From IMG/VR virus record IMGVR_UViG_2541047909_000004, positions 1-34,066 of that record: 34,066 bases of DNA. One strand, given 5' to 3'. The stretch is from a virus. Its lineage: Duplodnaviria; Heunggongvirae; Uroviricota; Caudoviricetes. Each line of letters opens with the position of its first letter. The stretch's first letter is position 1. A program made the translations under genes and the position numbers. Positions 30,530-34,066 of this stretch are shown piece after piece. Under the pieces are notes generated by a model that was given only the letters and a program-made list of their open reading frames with translations, was not told the DNA's origin and did not search any database.

Positions 30530-31354
30530 ATGTCTCAGAACTTAGACGCAACCGCAATTAATCAAATCCATGCCCTTATTTCTGCTCAGGGTGTTAATGA
30601 AATTATCAGTAAGATTGGTGCCGATGCTGTGGCATTGCCTGAGAATTTCCGCATTCATGATCTGGAAAAATTTAATTTAAATCGCTTCCGTTTCCGTGGT
30701 GCACTTTCCACTGCCAGCATCGATGATTTTACCCGTTATTCTAAAGATCTTGCAGATGAAGGCACCCGCTGCTTTATCGATGCCGATAATATGCGTGCCG
30801 TCAGTGTGCTTAACCTGGGTACTATTGATGAGCCAGGTCACGCAGATAACACTGCCACTCTCAAACTGAAAAAGACAGCACCGTTCTCTGCTCTGTTGTC
30901 TGTTAACGGCGAGCGTAACTCCCAGAGGTCACTGGCAGAATGGATCGAAGACTGGGCCGACTACCTTGTGGGCTTTGATGCTAATGGTGACGCCATTCAA
31001 GCAACAAAAGCGGCTGCGGCAGTCCGTAAAATCACGATTGAAGCAAACCAGACCGCTGATTTTGAAGATAATGACTTCAGCGGCAAACGCTCCCTGATGG
31101 AGTCTGTCGAAGCGAAGACCAAAGACATTATGCCAGTGGCATTTGAATTTAAATGCGTTCCGTTTGAAGGTCTGAAAGAACGTCCGTTTAAATTACGCCT
31201 CAGCATTATCACTGGCGATCGTCCTGTACTGGTTCTGCGCATTATTCAGCTGGAAGCGGTGCAGGAAGAAATGGCTAACGAATTTCGTGATCTGCTTGTT
31301 GAGAAATTCAAAGACAGCAAAGTAGAAACCTTTATTGGTACTTTCACCGCCTGA
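30530..31354 (+). CDS. Hypothetical early protein (274 aa; CPS-53 YfdQ-like)
   Basis: ATG with SD GAGGA; length and sequence recall YfdQ. Confidence 0.65.
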   Translation: MSQNLDATAINQIHALISAQGVNEIISKIGADAVALPENFRIHDLEKFNLNRFRFRGALSTASIDDFTRYSKDLADEGTRCFIDADNMRAVSVLNLGTIDEPGHADNTATLKLKKTAPFSALLSVNGERNSQRSLAEWIEDWADYLVGFDANGDAIQATKAAAAVRKITIEANQTADFEDNDFSGKRSLMESVEAKTKDIMPVAFEFKCVPFEGLKERPFKLRLSIITGDRPVLVLRIIQLEAVQEEMANEFRDLLVEKFKDSKVETFIGTFTA

Positions 31355-31366
31355 TTTCATTACTGC

Positions 31367-31390
31367 AAATGCCCCTGCGGGGGCATTTAT
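31367..31390 (+). terminator. Hairpin downstream of the 274-aa gene (terminator-like)
   Basis: AAATGCCCC-TGCG-GGGGCATTT perfect dyad. Confidence 0.4.
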
Positions 31391-31481
31391 GGAAACGTAA
31401 TTAACTCAATAATCACCGGATGGTGAGGGCTTCCTTTTACCAGAATTCAGCGCGGTGCAGTGCATATACGTGGAGAACAAA

Positions 31482-32018
31482 ATGTCATTTATTAAAACTT
31501 TTTCCGGGAAGCATTTTTATTATGACAAGATAAATAAAGACGACATCGATATTAACGATATCGCGGTTTCCCTTTCAAATATCTGTCGCTTTGCCGGTCA
31601 TCTTTCGCACTTCTACAGCGTCGCCCAACATGCGGTTCTTTGCAGCCAGCTGGTGCCGCAGGAATTTGCTTTTGAAGCGTTAATGCATGATGCAACAGAA
31701 GCGTATTGCCAGGACATTCCCGCACCACTGAAACGCCTTCTTCCTGACTATAAACGGATGGAAGAAAAAATAGACGCCGTAATCCGTGAGGAATACGGGT
31801 TACCCCCAGTTATGAGTACACCCGTGAAATATGCCGATCTCATCATGCTGGCAACCGAACGCCGCGATCTCGGGCTTGATGATGGCTCTTTCTGGCCTGT
31901 ACTGGAAGGCATCCCGGCAACAGAGATGTTCAACGTGATTCCACTGGCACCGGGTCATGCCTACGGGATGTTTATGGAACGTTTTAACGATTTATCGGAG
32001 TTACGCAAATGCGCATGA
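31482..32018 (+). CDS. yfdR: HD-domain protein (5'-deoxynucleotidase-like; YfdR-like)
   Basis: MSFIKTFSGKHFYYDKINKDDIDINDIAVSLSNICRFAGH...ALMHDATEAY H..HD motif; SD TGGAGA. Confidence 0.75.
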   Translation: MSFIKTFSGKHFYYDKINKDDIDINDIAVSLSNICRFAGHLSHFYSVAQHAVLCSQLVPQEFAFEALMHDATEAYCQDIPAPLKRLLPDYKRMEEKIDAVIREEYGLPPVMSTPVKYADLIMLATERRDLGLDDGSFWPVLEGIPATEMFNVIPLAPGHAYGMFMERFNDLSELRKCA

Positions 32019-32371
32019 ATGTTTTCGAAATGGAAGGGTTTCTTCGCGGGAAATGTGTACCGCGAGATCTGAAAGTGAATGAAACAAATGCTGAGTACCT
32101 GTTACGTAAATTCGACGCGCTTGAAGCTAAATGTGCGGCACTGGAAAACAAAATAATACCAGTGTCAGCTGAACTGCCACCAGCAAATGAAAGTGTTCTG
32201 TTATTTGATGCTAATGGAGAAGGCTGGCTGATTGGCTGGCGTTCTCTCTGGTACACCTGGGGACAAAAAGAAACCGGAGAATGGCAGTGGACATTTCAGG
32301 TCGGGGACCTTGAAAACGTCAATATCACTCACTGGGCAGTAATGCCAAAAGCACCGGAGGCTGGAGCATAA
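32009..32371 (+). CDS. Hypothetical early protein (120 aa; YfdS-like)
   Basis: ORF overlapping the upstream stop; SD GGAG. Confidence 0.6.
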   Translation: MRMNVFEMEGFLRGKCVPRDLKVNETNAEYLLRKFDALEAKCAALENKIIPVSAELPPANESVLLFDANGEGWLIGWRSLWYTWGQKETGEWQWTFQVGDLENVNITHWAVMPKAPEAGA

Positions 32372-32676
32372 TGACCACATTTACCAATAAAGAACTGATT
32401 AAAGAAATCAAAGAACGAATCAGCAGCCTAGAGGTTCGAGACGATATTGAGCGCCGTGCTTATGAAATCGCACTCGTATCTCTGGAAGTAGAGCCAGATG
32501 AACGCGAAGCCTATGAATTATTCATGGAAAAGCGTTTCGGTGACTTAGTAGATCGTCGGAGAGTAAAAAACGGCGATAACGAATACATGGCATGGGATAT
32601 GACTCTCGGTTGGATCGTCTGGCAGCAACGAGCTGGTATCCATTTTTCAACAATGACACAGCAAGAGGTGAAATAA
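32371..32676 (+). CDS. Hypothetical early protein (101 aa; YfdT-like)
   Basis: ATG overlaps upstream stop (TAATG); acidic protein. Confidence 0.6.
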   Translation: MTTFTNKELIKEIKERISSLEVRDDIERRAYEIALVSLEVEPDEREAYELFMEKRFGDLVDRRRVKNGDNEYMAWDMTLGWIVWQQRAGIHFSTMTQQEVK

Positions 32677-33047
32677 TGGAGCCATACAGCCTCACACTCG
32701 ATGAGGCCTGTCAGTTTCTTAAGATATCCAGACCAACCGCCACCAACTGGATACGAACAGGCCGCCTACAGGCAACACGTAAAGATCCAACCAAGCCAAA
32801 ATCTCCTTACCTCACAACACGGCAAGCTTGCATTGCGGCGCTTCAGTCTCCGCTGCATACTGTCCAAGTGAGCGCGGGTGATGGCATAACAGAGGAAAGA
32901 AAATGTCACTCTTCCGCAGAAATGAAATATGGTATGCCTCGTATTCGCTCCCGGGCGGGAAACGAATTAAGGAATCTCTTGGCACAAAGGACAAGCGGCA
33001 AGCTCAGGAGTTGCACGACAAGCGAAAAGCAGAACTCTGGCGAGTAG
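32676..33047 (+). CDS. xis: Excisionase-like HTH protein (Xis)
   Basis: [35 protein letters not shown]... excisionase-type HTH; ATG overlaps upstream stop; 3' end overlaps int start, so the true stop is uncertain. Confidence 0.6.
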   Translation: MEPYSLTLDEACQFLKISRPTATNWIRTGRLQATRKDPTKPKSPYLTTRQACIAALQSPLHTVQVSAGDGITEERKCHSSAEMKYGMPRIRSRAGNELRNLLAQRTSGKLRSCTTSEKQNSGE

Positions 33048-34066
33048 AAAAGCTAGGGGATTTACCTGATGTCACTTTTGAAGAGGCCTGCCTAAGATGG
33101 CTTGAGGAAAAAGCTGATAAAAAATCTCTCGATTCAGATAAAAGCCGGATTGAGTTCTGGCTTGAACATTTTGAGGGTATAAGGCTTAAAGATATCTCGG
33201 AGGCAAAGATTTACTCTGCTGTAAGCAGAATGCATAACAGAAAGACGAAAGAAATATGGAAACAGAAAGTTCAGGCCGCCATCAGGAAAGGTAAAGAACC
33301 GCCTGTTTATGAACCAAAGCCAGTATCAACTCAGACAAAGGCAAAGCATCTTGCCATGATAAAGGCCATTCTCCGTGCTGCAGAACGCGACTGGAAGTGG
33401 CTGGAAAAAGCGCCTGTCATCAAGATACCAGCGGTCAGAAACAAGCGAGTCAGATGGCTGGAAAAGGAGGAAGCAAAACGCCTTATTGATGAGTGCCCCG
33501 AACCACTGAAATCTGTCGTCAAGTTTGCGCTGGCAACTGGTCTGAGAAAGTCGAACATCATAAATCTGGAATGGCAACAAATCGACATGCAGCGACGAGT
33601 TGCCTGGGTGAATCCAGAAGAGAGCAAATCAAACCGCGCCATTGGTGTGGCGCTGAACGATACCGCCTGTAAAGTGTTGCGTGATCAAATAGGCAAGCAT
33701 CACAAATGGGTGTTTGTACATACCAAGGCGGCTAAGCGAGCAGATGGAACATCAACGCCTGCGGTCAGGAAGATGCGCATCGACAGCAAGACATCATGGC
33801 TATCAGCTTGTCGTCGTGCAGGAATTGAAGATTTCCGTTTCCATGACCTCAGACACACCTGGGCAAGCTGGCTGATCCAGTCAGGCGTCCCATTATCTGT
33901 GCTTCAGGAAATGGGCGGATGGGAGTCCATAGAAATGGTTCGTAGGTATGCTCACCTTGCGCCTAATCATTTGACAGAGCATGCAAGGAAAATAGACGAC
34001 ATTTTTGGTGATAATGTCCCAAATATGTCCCACTGTGGAATTATGGAGGATATAAAGAAGGCGTAA
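32903..34066 (+). CDS. int: Tyrosine recombinase, phage integrase
   Basis: 387 aa; C-terminal catalytic region ...[42 protein letters not shown]... with R/H-x-x-R/Y residues; SD AGGAAAG; stop codon is the last triplet of the window. Confidence 0.9.
   Translation: MSLFRRNEIWYASYSLPGGKRIKESLGTKDKRQAQELHDKRKAELWRVEKLGDLPDVTFEEACLRWLEEKADKKSLDSDKSRIEFWLEHFEGIRLKDISEAKIYSAVSRMHNRKTKEIWKQKVQAAIRKGKEPPVYEPKPVSTQTKAKHLAMIKAILRAAERDWKWLEKAPVIKIPAVRNKRVRWLEKEEAKRLIDECPEPLKSVVKFALATGLRKSNIINLEWQQIDMQRRVAWVNPEESKSNRAIGVALNDTACKVLRDQIGKHHKWVFVHTKAAKRADGTSTPAVRKMRIDSKTSWLSACRRAGIEDFRFHDLRHTWASWLIQSGVPLSVLQEMGGWESIEMVRRYAHLAPNHLTEHARKIDDIFGDNVPNMSHCGIMEDIKKA

Overview
This window is almost entirely one lambdoid prophage, a mosaic of lambda-like structural genes, a phage-21/DLP12-like lysis region and a CPS-53-like early region, ending exactly at the integrase stop codon. 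All protein identifications are by recall of known families from the translated ORFs; no database search was run. Gene order from the high-coordinate end is: tyrosine integrase and excisionase (+), YfdT/S/R/Q/P-like early genes (+), a GC-rich ORF-poor island, two overlapping small ORFs, a low-GC ParA-like ATPase in the position lambda uses for rexAB, a CI-like repressor (+) and divergent Cro-like gene (-), iteron-like repeats and a fragmented replication module, nin-region genes (LexA-like, RusA, KilA-N, DUF968), Q antiterminator, an opposite-strand porin moron, S21 pinholin / SAR endolysin / Rz / Rz1, bor, cos, then Nu1-A-W-B-C-Nu3-D-E, J, lom, stf and tail-fibre accessory genes (all -). The prophage looks structurally defective in two ways. 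First, the central part of portal gene B is replaced by about 4.1 kb of foreign DNA carrying a truncated ssb, diverged homologues of capsid E and decoration D, an AlpA-like regulator, a second cos site with lambda-type cosN but different cosB, and a second Nu1-like small terminase. Second, codon 120 of capsid gene E is fused in frame to gene J, removing the rest of E and all tail shaft and assembly genes. The foreign module looks like a piece of a cos-type satellite or second phage able to redirect lambda-type packaging, and is the most interesting element here; the ParA-like ATPase and the GC-rich island are further candidates.
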